Shown: positions 20,400 to 29,958 of the stretch, piece by piece
Layout: each line of letters opens with the position of its first letter
Position numbering within the stretch: the first letter of the stretch is position 1
Position numbers and translations under genes: made by a program
Assembly (NCBI GenBank): GCA_965230975.1
Contig: OZ246402.1
Span: 309,304-373,303, forward strand
Origin: an uncultured Candidatus Saccharibacteria bacterium
GTDB lineage: Bacteria > Patescibacteriota > Dojkabacteria > J137
DNA: 64,000 nt
Reading direction: 5' to 3'
Notes under the pieces: generated by a model
What the model saw: the letters and a program-made list of their open reading frames with translations, nothing else
Database searches by the model: none
What the model was told of the DNA's origin: nothing

Positions 20400-22424
20400 T
20401 TACCAACCTCCACTAGATCCACCTCCGCCACCTCCTCCAGAGAAGCCTCCAAAAGATCCACCTCCACCACTCCAACCAGAGCCTGAAGATGATTGAGTAG
20501 GGAAATTGAATGCTGTTGTAGTGGTTGTTGTAAAACTTCTTGCAAAAGAGCTAAAAAAGTAAGCATTGTAAATTGCATTTACATTAGACCCTTCATACCA
20601 ATCAGGTGCCTTGTCGTACAAACCTTCAAACTTTTTTGCCCACTCATCCTCAATTTTAAAAACAATTGCGTAAGATAAGTATTTTTCAAACTCTTCTGGC
20701 CCTAAGTTTTGTAATCTGAATCTTTCTGCAGTATGCAAATACATTTTAAAGCCCAAAATCTTTGCATACACTTGGCTACCAATTTCGGTTTTCGCAGGCA
20801 TAAATTTAGCAAAAATAGCTAATGCTAATCCTAATATTGCAAAGGGTAGAGCAATAGTAAACACGGTAAAGTAACCCAATAACTCTGTTAATATTCCACT
20901 TAAAATAAAAAGCCCAACTACAGAAAAAGCTAATAAAAATATTCCAAAGCCTACGTATTTTGCAATTGTACTTTGTGGTGACTCTTTAAAGTAGCCCTTA
21001 GTAACCATCTCTTTATAAATAGAAGATACAATTGCATTGTATTTATAAGGAAAAGTCTTAATCATCTCTTTTGTTGTAGTAGACTCTTTCCCGTTAAAAA
21101 TAGCTTGTAAAATATCTCCTTCAATTTTATCTAGACCATCTTTTTTATCTGTCCTAATCAATTCGTATTCTTTTTGTCCAACTGTTATCCCTAAAACTTT
21201 TTCCTGTTCTTTATCTTTAATTTTTAAATAACCTCTATAAGCTAAGTCAATAATTGTACCAGCAATATCTTCTTTATCTACACTTTCATCTTTTAAAGAA
21301 CCAAGTAAATAAGGCCTAACTCCTTCAGGTGGTGTAAATTCTGGGATTATTGTCTTTGGCATATTTATATCTTTACCTCGTTTTCTTAAATGTCTATAAG
21401 CCAGAATAATAAATAAAGGAATAAAGAAAATTCCAAGTGCAAAGAATATTTGGTTAGCTTTATCTATCAGAGATAGTAAAAAAGATTGTTCCAAGTTATA
21501 GCTTCTATCAATTGATTCGCTTTCTTTTATACTAAACTTTTCTGTTATAGTGTTAAACCCAGTCCTAGCAATTTCCAATGTATGATCTCCTGGGGTTATA
21601 CCTCTTAAAGTGCCGCTCGTAGAATTTTGAGCAACCAAATACCCATCTAGGTATAAATTCCCTCCTAGTGGGGGATTGGTAATTTGATAATTCATTTTTC
21701 CTGGTAATTTAACCTCACCTTTCTGAAAAGGATAAGTTAAAGTTATTGCTCCATAAGAAGCTAAATTTTTTAAATTCAGTGTAAGCGTATCAGATTTGGC
21801 ACCACTAATAAGAATATCTGTAAATGGCAAAGAAGTTAGTACTTGAAGATTATCCTCATTAACTTTCACCCCATCTGGAAAAGTTATGTTAATTTTAGAT
21901 GTTTGAGTTACCCCACCTCTATCTTCTGGTAATAAATCCCAATAAAAATATGGGCGATTCTCAACTTCTTGTATTCCGCCAAACACAACATAATTAATTA
22001 TCCACCCAACTTTATAGTTGCTTACATCTTTCCCATCGGGAAAGATTTCCCACTCAACTCGATAATAAGTGCTACCGTTTTTTTCAGTGGTATAAAAATT
22101 TAGATCATCAAATGGAATTTGGGAACCATCAAATTTTGTAACATTTGTAACTTCTATATGGTCAAACCCTCCGCAGGTTAAGCCTTGTTCTTCGCAAATT
22201 GCCAAACTAGCACTATCTACCAATGTGATATCTCTTCTTAAACCATGGAATTCTCCGTTGAATGTGTATTCTGCTGTTTCAGTGACATTAAAAGTGGAGT
22301 CTTTATTGATTGTAATATCTACATTTTGGGATATTGCCTGTTGAGTAAGTGCAAATGTCTTGTTAGGAAAATATATAAACAAAAATCCAATAATTAGGAA
22401 TGTAAATGTAACTAAGTTTTTCAT
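20400..22424 (-). CDS. DUF2207 membrane protein with an inserted PEGA-like domain
   Basis: DITINKDSTFNVTE, IIDLAYRGYL, GFKMYL, FEKYLSYAI, Gly-rich tail ending GGW. Confidence 0.88.
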   Translation of the reverse strand: MKNLVTFTFLIIGFLFIYFPNKTFALTQQAISQNVDITINKDSTFNVTETAEYTFNGEFHGLRRDITLVDSASLAICEEQGLTCGGFDHIEVTNVTKFDGSQIPFDDLNFYTTEKNGSTYYRVEWEIFPDGKDVSNYKVGWIINYVVFGGIQEVENRPYFYWDLLPEDRGGVTQTSKINITFPDGVKVNEDNLQVLTSLPFTDILISGAKSDTLTLNLKNLASYGAITLTYPFQKGEVKLPGKMNYQITNPPLGGNLYLDGYLVAQNSTSGTLRGITPGDHTLEIARTGFNTITEKFSIKESESIDRSYNLEQSFLLSLIDKANQIFFALGIFFIPLFIILAYRHLRKRGKDINMPKTIIPEFTPPEGVRPYLLGSLKDESVDKEDIAGTIIDLAYRGYLKIKDKEQEKVLGITVGQKEYELIRTDKKDGLDKIEGDILQAIFNGKESTTTKEMIKTFPYKYNAIVSSIYKEMVTKGYFKESPQSTIAKYVGFGIFLLAFSVVGLFILSGILTELLGYFTVFTIALPFAILGLALAIFAKFMPAKTEIGSQVYAKILGFKMYLHTAERFRLQNLGPEEFEKYLSYAIVFKIEDEWAKKFEGLYDKAPDWYEGSNVNAIYNAYFFSSFARSFTTTTTTAFNFPTQSSSGSGWSGGGGSFGGFSGGGGGGGSSGGW

Positions 22425-22606
22425 ATTTTGATATTTAAATTACAATCATTTTACCCCTTTTAGTTTATCAAACAAAGTTATTTGTATTGTGAAAATTGGA
22501 TTGCTAGGACTGGCAGTTACTAAAAAAAATGATATAATCCTATCGCATTTAATAAGTTGGGGTAATTTAATAGGAATTTTAATTACACTAACTTAAAACT
22601 ACAAAT

Positions 22607-22691
22607 GCCGAGGTGGTGGAATTGGTAGACACCCTAGTCTTAGGAACTAGTTCCCGTCAAGGGAGTGCAGGTTCGAGTCCTGTCCTCGGTA
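22607..22691 (+). tRNA. tRNA-Leu (anticodon TAG), CCA not encoded
   Basis: Acceptor GCCGAGG/CCTCGGT, D-loop TGGTAGAC, anticodon arm CTAGT-CTTAGGA-ACTAG, long variable arm, GGTTCGAGTCC. Confidence 0.95.
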
Positions 22692-22712
22692 TGTTAATTT
22701 AAAATTCTTTCC

Positions 22713-24110
22713 ATGAAACTTATAAATACCATTCAAGATTCTTATTATGGAGTTGTTTCCTACATATATCAATTCCCCTCTGGCTTAAGAGTATTTCACG
22801 CAATTAATAAAAATACAGTAGATTTTAAACTAAGTATAAACTTTAAAGCAGGCATGCTTTTAGAAGATCAAATAAATGTACCTAGGGGTACAGCACATTT
22901 TCTAGAGCATCTATTAGTATATGCGTCTAATAAAACATTTGACAGTAGGACTGAAATGGATAAGTTTAGTTTTGGTAATAGTAAAAGACCTGCGTTTTGG
23001 TTTAACGCATCTTCAGGTTACAGATTTATTACTTTTGATGCGATTGGACACAATAAAGGTGCTGATAGAATGTTTACATTGTTAAACGCTCAGTTAGACT
23101 ACGATTTAGAAAAGTTATTTGAGGCCAGTGAAATAGAGAAGCAAAGATCAATCATTATTAGCGAATTAAAGCGAAAACCAAGAGAGGACATGGACCCAGG
23201 TTTGCTGTACGACAAATTGTTCATGAATAGCAGTAACCCTCTTTTTGCACAACGATCTATAGGAACTCTTGAAAGTGTTAGTTCAATTACAAAAGATCAC
23301 TTAAGTCTTTTCTTGCAAACATTTTTTAGTGTAAATAATGTGGTGGTGGGAATAGAGTCAAATTCAAAGTTGACAAAGAATCTTAAAGATAAATTACAAA
23401 AGCTAGATAATACCTTTTCTAGTTATAAAAATTCATTTAAGACCGATTATAAATTTAAGCCACTAGATTTTGATTTTAGATATGGACATTTTAAAGATAT
23501 TCATAAACAAGATGTTTTTTGTAGCTTTAATTTATTCCACGATACCGATCCAACAAAAGAAGTTGATTATAAAAAGAATGCACAAAGATTTATGGTTTTG
23601 GATTTAGTTGGAAGAGTAATGAATGAATATTTAAGAGAGCAAAAGATGTTAATTTATGGCGCAAAAACATTTAATCAGTTGCTATTTCCGGGTGTTTTAA
23701 ATAAAGGTTTTAATTTTAATGTTCCTGCAGAAAAGTTGCTTGAAACCTTTGATGCTATTGAGTATGTAATAACAAAATATGCAAAAGAATTTATAAACTC
23801 TTCTAGCGGAGAGGAATTTTTTGAAAGCATGAAAAGTAAATATATTTTCAAAAGAGATACTTTGTTACCAGATACCTACACAGAAGATAGAGCATGTGAT
23901 ATTTTGAATGGCTATTTTATGAATAATGATCAAGATTTGTTTGAGAAGGAGATTCTTAAAATGACAAAAAGTGATTTGATTAAATCATTTGAAAGCCACT
24001 TTAAATTACCAAGTGGAATTTGGCTAGTATCTTCTTTAGAAGACAGTGAAGTCTTAAAGATATTTGAGACTTCTAAGCTTTATTCTTTTCTTAAAAATAG
24101 AAAGCATTAG
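22713..24110 (+). CDS. M16 (insulinase-family) zinc peptidase
   Basis: GTAHFLEH inverted zinc motif, NAS, LREQKMLIYG. Confidence 0.85.
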   Translation: MKLINTIQDSYYGVVSYIYQFPSGLRVFHAINKNTVDFKLSINFKAGMLLEDQINVPRGTAHFLEHLLVYASNKTFDSRTEMDKFSFGNSKRPAFWFNASSGYRFITFDAIGHNKGADRMFTLLNAQLDYDLEKLFEASEIEKQRSIIISELKRKPREDMDPGLLYDKLFMNSSNPLFAQRSIGTLESVSSITKDHLSLFLQTFFSVNNVVVGIESNSKLTKNLKDKLQKLDNTFSSYKNSFKTDYKFKPLDFDFRYGHFKDIHKQDVFCSFNLFHDTDPTKEVDYKKNAQRFMVLDLVGRVMNEYLREQKMLIYGAKTFNQLLFPGVLNKGFNFNVPAEKLLETFDAIEYVITKYAKEFINSSSGEEFFESMKSKYIFKRDTLLPDTYTEDRACDILNGYFMNNDQDLFEKEILKMTKSDLIKSFESHFKLPSGIWLVSSLEDSEVLKIFETSKLYSFLKNRKH

Positions 24111-24466
24111 CTATCTAAATCTTTATTCTCAGAAATTAATTTAATCTCCATTATTTGCTTTCGAATATCTTTTAAAGATACTTCTACAGCTCTTAATCTA
24201 GAAGCTACTTTATAATCTCTTGGGTCAGAACCCAAAAAGTAGGTAATTGGTTTTTTAAATAAATCTGCTAACTGCATTAATTTATCAATAGGGGGTGCAA
24301 TTCTTCCAGATTCGTATCCGCTAATAGTTTTATCAGTTACACCCAAAGAAACTCCCACTTGTAACTGCGATAGTCTTGCTTCGTCACGGGCATTTCTAAT
24401 TCGCTTTCCAATCTCTTTAATCATCAAAGCGCGCTTTTGTTGTTCTTGCAGTAATATATCTGACAT
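24107..24466 (-). CDS. XRE/Cro-family HTH regulator with C-terminal coiled coil
   Basis: IRNAR...LSQ.QV...LGV...TISGYESG. Confidence 0.9.
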   Translation of the reverse strand: MSDILLQEQQKRALMIKEIGKRIRNARDEARLSQLQVGVSLGVTDKTISGYESGRIAPPIDKLMQLADLFKKPITYFLGSDPRDYKVASRLRAVEVSLKDIRKQIMEIKLISENKDLDS

Positions 24467-24542
24467 ACTTGGATTCTATCAAAAATAGAGTTAATTTAAA
24501 ATCTAAATCGAGTATAATCACCTAGAATTATTCGAATGAAAT

Positions 24543-25349
24543 ATGAATCAATACGAGCCTAACAAAATTTATACAGATGAATTTGGCCGTCCAAGTGGTA
24601 TTTTTTTAGTAGATAAACCAATTGGCAAAACTTCTCATGATATGGTTTATGAATATAGAAGAAAGCTTCAAACTAAAAAAGTTGGTCATGCTGGTGCATT
24701 AGATCCTTTTGCATCTGGATTATTGATTATTCTTGCAGGTAAAGCTTTAAAGCTTTCAGAATCTTTTTTAACTTTGCCAAAAGAATACGAAGCAGATGTG
24801 GCTATAGGTTTTAGGACAGACACTCTAGATACAGAAGGTAAGATAGTTGAGAGTAGTAAGTTACAAGATTTAACTTCTTCTGAAGAAGATATTAAGAATG
24901 CATTGCAATCTTTTACGCCAGGCTATTTGCAAGATGTACCTATATATAGTTCTGTAAAAGTTCAGGGTGACAAATTAAGAGAGCTTGTTAGAAAATCAGA
25001 TGATCATAAGATTATTAAACAAGAAGATGGTTTTTCAAAAGTTCAGTTTCTTAGGCAAGGTGAGGTTTGGAAGGAGATTAATATTCCACAAAAAGAGGTT
25101 AAGATTTACGGATTAGATATTTTAGAGCTTAAGAAGGTAAGTGTTAAAGATTACAATTTTGATAATCATTTTAAAGAGGAGCTTCAAAATAATAATATTA
25201 CTGAATTTTATTCCTTAAAAATTAGAGCCCACGTTTCTAAAGGCACATATATAAGAAAGCTAGCAGAGGACATTGGTGAAAAGCTAGAAGTGCCTGGAAT
25301 GCTTGTTGGGTTGAGAAGAACGAAGGTAGGGGAGTATGAGCTTTCATAA
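24543..25349 (+). CDS. truB: tRNA pseudouridine(55) synthase
   Basis: VDKP.G.TSHD, KVGHAGALDP, SKGTYIR, LRRT. Confidence 0.93.
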   Translation: MNQYEPNKIYTDEFGRPSGIFLVDKPIGKTSHDMVYEYRRKLQTKKVGHAGALDPFASGLLIILAGKALKLSESFLTLPKEYEADVAIGFRTDTLDTEGKIVESSKLQDLTSSEEDIKNALQSFTPGYLQDVPIYSSVKVQGDKLRELVRKSDDHKIIKQEDGFSKVQFLRQGEVWKEINIPQKEVKIYGLDILELKKVSVKDYNFDNHFKEELQNNNITEFYSLKIRAHVSKGTYIRKLAEDIGEKLEVPGMLVGLRRTKVGEYELS

Positions 25350-25411
25350 CTATTTTTCATTGTCTTCACAATATCATTGATCTCATTTACTAAGATGTAT
25401 AGAATATCTTA

Positions 25412-26131
25412 ATGACTGATTATTTAAATCCATATTTTTTAGGAAGTTTATATTTTCTGTGTGTTTGGCTAGTAATTCTCTTTCTAAATAAGAATGATAG
25501 AAAAGAGCAATTTTTAATGAGCTTGGCAGGTGCTTTGTTGGGTCCTTTCGTTCAAATAATGCATTTGACTGATTGGTGGGCTCCTAAGTTCTTATTCGCT
25601 AATAATCCTCACATTGAAGATATTATTTTCGGTTTTGCCGTAGGAGGAATTGTAGCTGTTGCTTATAATGTTTTTTTTGTTAAAAAGTATGCACATACTA
25701 GAAATAGTCAGAATCCATCTCACTACTATATTATATTGTTGGTAATTTTAAGTATGTTCGCATTGTTTGGATTATTTTATTTTTTTAATATACATTCATT
25801 CTGGTCAAGCATCATTTCTTGTTCAATAATGTTCTTATTTGTAGCAATCAAAAGACATGATTTAATTGTGACTATGTTTGTTAGCGGAATTATAATTATG
25901 ATTCTAGCTTGGCCTGCATATATTATCGGACTCCAGATGAATCCAAACTGGATAGAATCTGAGTGGGCACTAACACAATTGTCAGGTTTAAGATTCTTTG
26001 AAATACCAGTAGAGGAATTTATATGGTTTTTCTTTGTCGGATTGGGTGCATCCGCGATTTATGAATTAGTATTTAGTATTAGATACGTCTACCGAAATTC
26101 GACTAAATATAATAAGTCACATAAAAGTTGA
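25412..26131 (+). CDS. Lycopene cyclase domain-containing membrane protein (two repeats)
   Basis: About 7 TM segments; PHIEDIIFGF and IPVEEFIWFF repeats. Confidence 0.7.
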   Translation: MTDYLNPYFLGSLYFLCVWLVILFLNKNDRKEQFLMSLAGALLGPFVQIMHLTDWWAPKFLFANNPHIEDIIFGFAVGGIVAVAYNVFFVKKYAHTRNSQNPSHYYIILLVILSMFALFGLFYFFNIHSFWSSIISCSIMFLFVAIKRHDLIVTMFVSGIIIMILAWPAYIIGLQMNPNWIESEWALTQLSGLRFFEIPVEEFIWFFFVGLGASAIYELVFSIRYVYRNSTKYNKSHKS

Positions 26132-26208
26132 AAAATTATATGAATATAACAATTAACTAACAAAGAAGAACCGTACCCAACTTTAGTCCACCGGTGTATA
26201 CTATTAAT

Positions 26209-27288
26209 ATGAATAAAAAAGTAATAAACATATTAATAGTAGTTGTCTTAATAATAATAGTTTCTGTAGGTATTCTTTTTGCACTTGATAAAGTCACTGG
26301 TTCTAATACCTTTGAATCAATTCAAAAAGCAATTGATAATCTACAACCAAAACCTCAAGAACCTGAAGAAGTCGTAGATACAACACCTTTAGAAATCTCT
26401 TTTGAAACTAAAGAGGCAATAATTTACGAGCCAACTACTGCAATAACTTTAAGCGCAAATAAAGAGATAGAAGTAGAAGATACTAATAAATACAATCTTG
26501 TATTAACCCAATTAGGTCAAACAGATGAAGGAAAGAAATACTATCTATATGCCCTAGAAATCAAAAATATAGGGATAGGGGAGGCTAATTTAGCAATAAA
26601 AATTCAAGATAAGGCCGGTAATAAAAGTGTGGTAGGAGTTTTAATCACAAGAGAAGACTTTACTATGCCATTTGGATTAAAAAACATATCGAAGTGGGAA
26701 AATAGCTCCTACACTGCTGACGGTGATTCACTAAACGCAAAAGTAAATAAAGAATATAAACTGATTGATGATTACGCTCCAGCAGATTTAAAAAACTTAA
26801 ACCAAGATTATTTACTATATACAAACACAGGTAGCATAATGCTAAGACAAGAAGCGGCAGATTATTTAAAAGCTATGTTAGAAGCAGTAAAAAAAGAAAC
26901 AGGAAAAAACATAGTAATAGCATCTGGTTACAGATCTTACTCAGAGCAATTTAGTTTATATGTAAATTGGGTAAGGCAGCTAGGGCAAGATGAAGCCGAT
27001 AAAGTTTCTGCTCGTCCAGGGTTTTCAGAACATCAACTTGGGACTGTAGTAGACTTTATAGAACAAGAGAGCGGTTTGTCATTAACAAATGCATTTGATC
27101 AATCAACAGCAGGAAGGTGGCTTTTGGAAAACGCATATAAATATGGATATGTTCAATCTTACCCCGAAGGTAAAGAGGGGACAACAGGCTATTCTCACGA
27201 AGCTTGGCACTGGAGATATATAGGTATAGATAATGCAAAATCACTTAAAGAAAGTGGGCTGACATTAAAAGAGTGGTTAGATAAATAA
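26209..27288 (+). CDS. Membrane-anchored D-Ala-D-Ala carboxypeptidase (M15B/VanY-like)
   Basis: SGYRS, SARPGFSEHQLG, HEAWHWRYIG; ATG at 26209 preferred. Confidence 0.92.
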   Translation: MNKKVINILIVVVLIIIVSVGILFALDKVTGSNTFESIQKAIDNLQPKPQEPEEVVDTTPLEISFETKEAIIYEPTTAITLSANKEIEVEDTNKYNLVLTQLGQTDEGKKYYLYALEIKNIGIGEANLAIKIQDKAGNKSVVGVLITREDFTMPFGLKNISKWENSSYTADGDSLNAKVNKEYKLIDDYAPADLKNLNQDYLLYTNTGSIMLRQEAADYLKAMLEAVKKETGKNIVIASGYRSYSEQFSLYVNWVRQLGQDEADKVSARPGFSEHQLGTVVDFIEQESGLSLTNAFDQSTAGRWLLENAYKYGYVQSYPEGKEGTTGYSHEAWHWRYIGIDNAKSLKESGLTLKEWLDK

Positions 27289-27296
27289 TAAAAAGT

Positions 27297-28034
27297 TTAC
27301 TCCCACACAACACAGTTAGTCTTGACGTTAAGAATATCAGTAGCAATCAGTAATATTTTTTCCTGACTCCATATATCATACAATTCTATTCTTTCATTTC
27401 CAGAAATTAGCCCTTTGCTCAACAATAATAAAATATCTTTTTGAAGTTCGTTAATATAGGCATTAAAATAGGTTTGCAAAGCTTTGTTCATAATATCTTC
27501 GTAAATGGTCTCGTCTACTCCCATCATTATTGCTATTGGTTTCCCAATAAGCCAGGCTTCTAATTCTGTCCTCCAGATTAAGTTTACTCTTTTCAAAAAC
27601 TTATAAAATCTTTCAATATAGTATTCATTCGTACCGAACGATGCATCAACTTGATAAGATGCAAGTCCCTTAGGATCAGAGGGATTATTTAAATGCCCTA
27701 GTTCATGAGCCAAGTATATTGCTCCTTTTGGGTCTTGCAATAAAAAGGGGATGCTAACTTCTACAGTCGTTCCAAATGCCGTAAACATACCGTACTCGGT
27801 TTTATTTGTGGTGTAGAAGTACCCATTTTCCGGTAAGAATTCGTTTAAGAGTATGCCATTGGAAGTATAGATCTGATATTTATAAATTATATATCCTGAA
27901 TAATCCCTAGTCTCTACAAGTTGAATTTTAAAAGAAGTCAATTTTTCTGGAACTTCATCTATCTCGTTAAGTAGAGTTTTTGTAAGTCCAACAGTTGTAT
28001 CCATAAAGTAAGTAAATTTTAGCATATAATTCAA
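27297..28034 (-). CDS. Hypothetical zincin-like protein
   Basis: LAHELGH with downstream ELEAW; start codon uncertain. Confidence 0.6.
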   Translation of the reverse strand: MNYMLKFTYFMDTTVGLTKTLLNEIDEVPEKLTSFKIQLVETRDYSGYIIYKYQIYTSNGILLNEFLPENGYFYTTNKTEYGMFTAFGTTVEVSIPFLLQDPKGAIYLAHELGHLNNPSDPKGLASYQVDASFGTNEYYIERFYKFLKRVNLIWRTELEAWLIGKPIAIMMGVDETIYEDIMNKALQTYFNAYINELQKDILLLLSKGLISGNERIELYDIWSQEKILLIATDILNVKTNCVVWE

Positions 28035-28040
28035 AACTGC

Positions 28041-28479
28041 AAGGTTTTAAACCAATCTATTAAAAGAAACTCTGAAAGGTTTCCAGAAGACTTTATGTTC
28101 CAACTTACTCAAAAAGAGTTTTCAAACTTGAGGTCACAAATTGTGACCTCAAGTTCTATAAATTATGGCGGTACACGTTTCCTTCCTTTTGGATTCACCG
28201 AACAGGGTGTTGCAATGCTATCAAGTATCTTAAAAAAGTAAACGTGCAATAGAAGTTAATATCTCTATCATGAGAACATTTGTTCAATTTAGAAAATATC
28301 TTTTAGAACATCAGGATTTAGAGCAAAAACTTATCGAATTAGAATCAGATATAAAGCAAAAATTTTTTGCCCAAGATAAGCAAATATCAGATATATTCAA
28401 GCTTATAACACATATGCTTAAAGAGAATGAAGATCAAAATCAAAAGAAAATTGGATTTGATGTCAGCACAAAGATGTGA
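28041..28479 (+). pseudogene. ORF6N-domain DNA-binding protein, 5'-truncated and frameshifted
   Basis: [23 protein letters not shown]...[14 protein letters not shown], then a +1 shift in A6 (28232-28237) to [16 protein letters not shown]...KKIGF. Confidence 0.85.
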
Positions 28480-28506
28480 AATCTAATTATTTTATGTGTA
28501 ATAGCC

Positions 28507-28535
28507 TTGTCCTGCTTTAGGGATAATGCTATAAT
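28507..28535 (+). promoter_or_regulatory. Sigma70-type promoter for tuf and the S10 cluster
   Basis: TTGTCC-17 nt-TATAAT with a TGn extension. Confidence 0.7.
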
Positions 28536-28692
28536 TCTTCGCTTTACCCGAAATAAAAATTGTTAAAAAACATTTGCAGTAAAGCAGTTTTTAACATATA
28601 ATACCGACTTAGCTAAACTCAAATAAACGCTTAAGTTTGTAATATCGTTATAGTAAAATATAATTCAATAATTTATTTTTTAAACTAAAACT

Positions 28693-29886
28693 ATGGCAGA
28701 ATTCGTAAGAAGCAAGCCACATGTAAATGTTGGTACTTTGGGTCACATCGACCACGGTAAGACTACTTTAACTGCAGCATTAGTTGCATATTCTCAAAGA
28801 AAGGGTTGGCAAAACTCTGGCAAGTCATATTCTGACATTGCAAAGGGAGGAATCGCAAGAGCTGGTTCAAATAAAATTGTAACAGTTGCATCTTCTCACG
28901 TTGAATACGAATCCGAGACAAGACACTATGCACACATCGACTGCCCAGGTCACAAAGACTATATCAAGAACATGATTACAGGAGCAGCTCAAATGGATGG
29001 AGCTATTTTGGTTGTATCTGCAGAAGATGGACCTATGCCTCAAACTAAAGAGCACTTGTTATTAGCTTATCAGGTAGGTGTAAAGCACATCGTTGTGTTC
29101 ATCAATAGATTTAAAGATGACATGGATGCTGATTTACTAGAATTAATCAAAGAAGAAGTAAAAGATAACTTAAAGAAATATGGTTACGATGCAGAAAAAG
29201 TTCCATTCGTAGTAGGATCTGCTTTCTACGGTACAACTGGAGAAAAAGACGGAGACGAAACAATGGCTGCATTACTAAAAGCAATGGACGAAACAATCCC
29301 AATGCCAGAAAGACCATTAGACAAACCATTCTTAATGCCAGTTGAAGATGTATTCTCTATTGAAGGTAGAGGTACTGTAGCAACAGGTAGAATTGAAAGA
29401 GGAAAAGTACACGTTAACGATGTTGTTTCTCAAATTGGTTTAATGGAAGGTGCTAAAGATTTGACAATCACAGGTGTAGAAATGTTCAAGAAGCAATTAC
29501 AAGAAGGACAAGCTGGTGACAACGTTGGTTTGTTAATCAGAGGTATCAAAAGAGAAGATATTGAAAGAGGTCAAGTATTAGCAGCTAAAGGTAGCATTAA
29601 AGCTCAAACAGAATTTAAAGCAAAACTTTATGTTCTAAGTAAAGATGAAGGTGGAAGACACACTGGATTCAGAACTGGATATAGGCCACAATTCTATATT
29701 AGAACAGCAGATGTAACAGGAGAAGTTTTACTTGCAGACGAAAACGCATTAGTATTACCAGGTGATAATGCTGATGTTGTTGTTAAACTACAAACACCAG
29801 TAGCTTTGGAACCTCAAATGTCCTTTGCTATTAGAGAAGGTGGTAAGACAGTAGGAGCAGGTGTTGTTACAGAAGTTATTAAATAA
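28693..29886 (+). CDS. tuf: Elongation factor Tu with divergent switch I and G4
   Basis: [40 protein letters not shown]. Confidence 0.98.
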   Translation: MAEFVRSKPHVNVGTLGHIDHGKTTLTAALVAYSQRKGWQNSGKSYSDIAKGGIARAGSNKIVTVASSHVEYESETRHYAHIDCPGHKDYIKNMITGAAQMDGAILVVSAEDGPMPQTKEHLLLAYQVGVKHIVVFINRFKDDMDADLLELIKEEVKDNLKKYGYDAEKVPFVVGSAFYGTTGEKDGDETMAALLKAMDETIPMPERPLDKPFLMPVEDVFSIEGRGTVATGRIERGKVHVNDVVSQIGLMEGAKDLTITGVEMFKKQLQEGQAGDNVGLLIRGIKREDIERGQVLAAKGSIKAQTEFKAKLYVLSKDEGGRHTGFRTGYRPQFYIRTADVTGEVLLADENALVLPGDNADVVVKLQTPVALEPQMSFAIREGGKTVGAGVVTEVIK

Positions 29887-29894
29887 AAAATTGA

Positions 29895-29922
29895 AATCGG
29901 TCCCGACAAGTCGGGACCGATT
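29895..29922. repeat. Palindrome between tuf and rpsJ, no U-tract
   Basis: AATCGGTCCCGAC-AA-GTCGGGACCGATT. Confidence 0.7.
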
Positions 29923-29958
29923 CATCTAATAATTAAAAATGCTCTTTAAATAATTAAT

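Noticed and set aside
20400-20530. GC-rich CCACCTCC repeats
   Set aside because: They encode the normal Gly/Ser-rich C-terminal tail of DUF2207 proteins
22553-22595. Hairpin upstream of tRNA-Leu as a separate ncRNA or att site
   Set aside because: AT-rich imperfect stem in the presumed precursor leader; no duplicate of the tRNA 3' end was seen in the window
28230-28241. A_AAA_AAG slippery site as a programmed -1 frameshift in ORF6N
   Set aside because: Rejoining the frames needs +1; the -1 frame stops within a few codons, and the gene also lacks its 5' end
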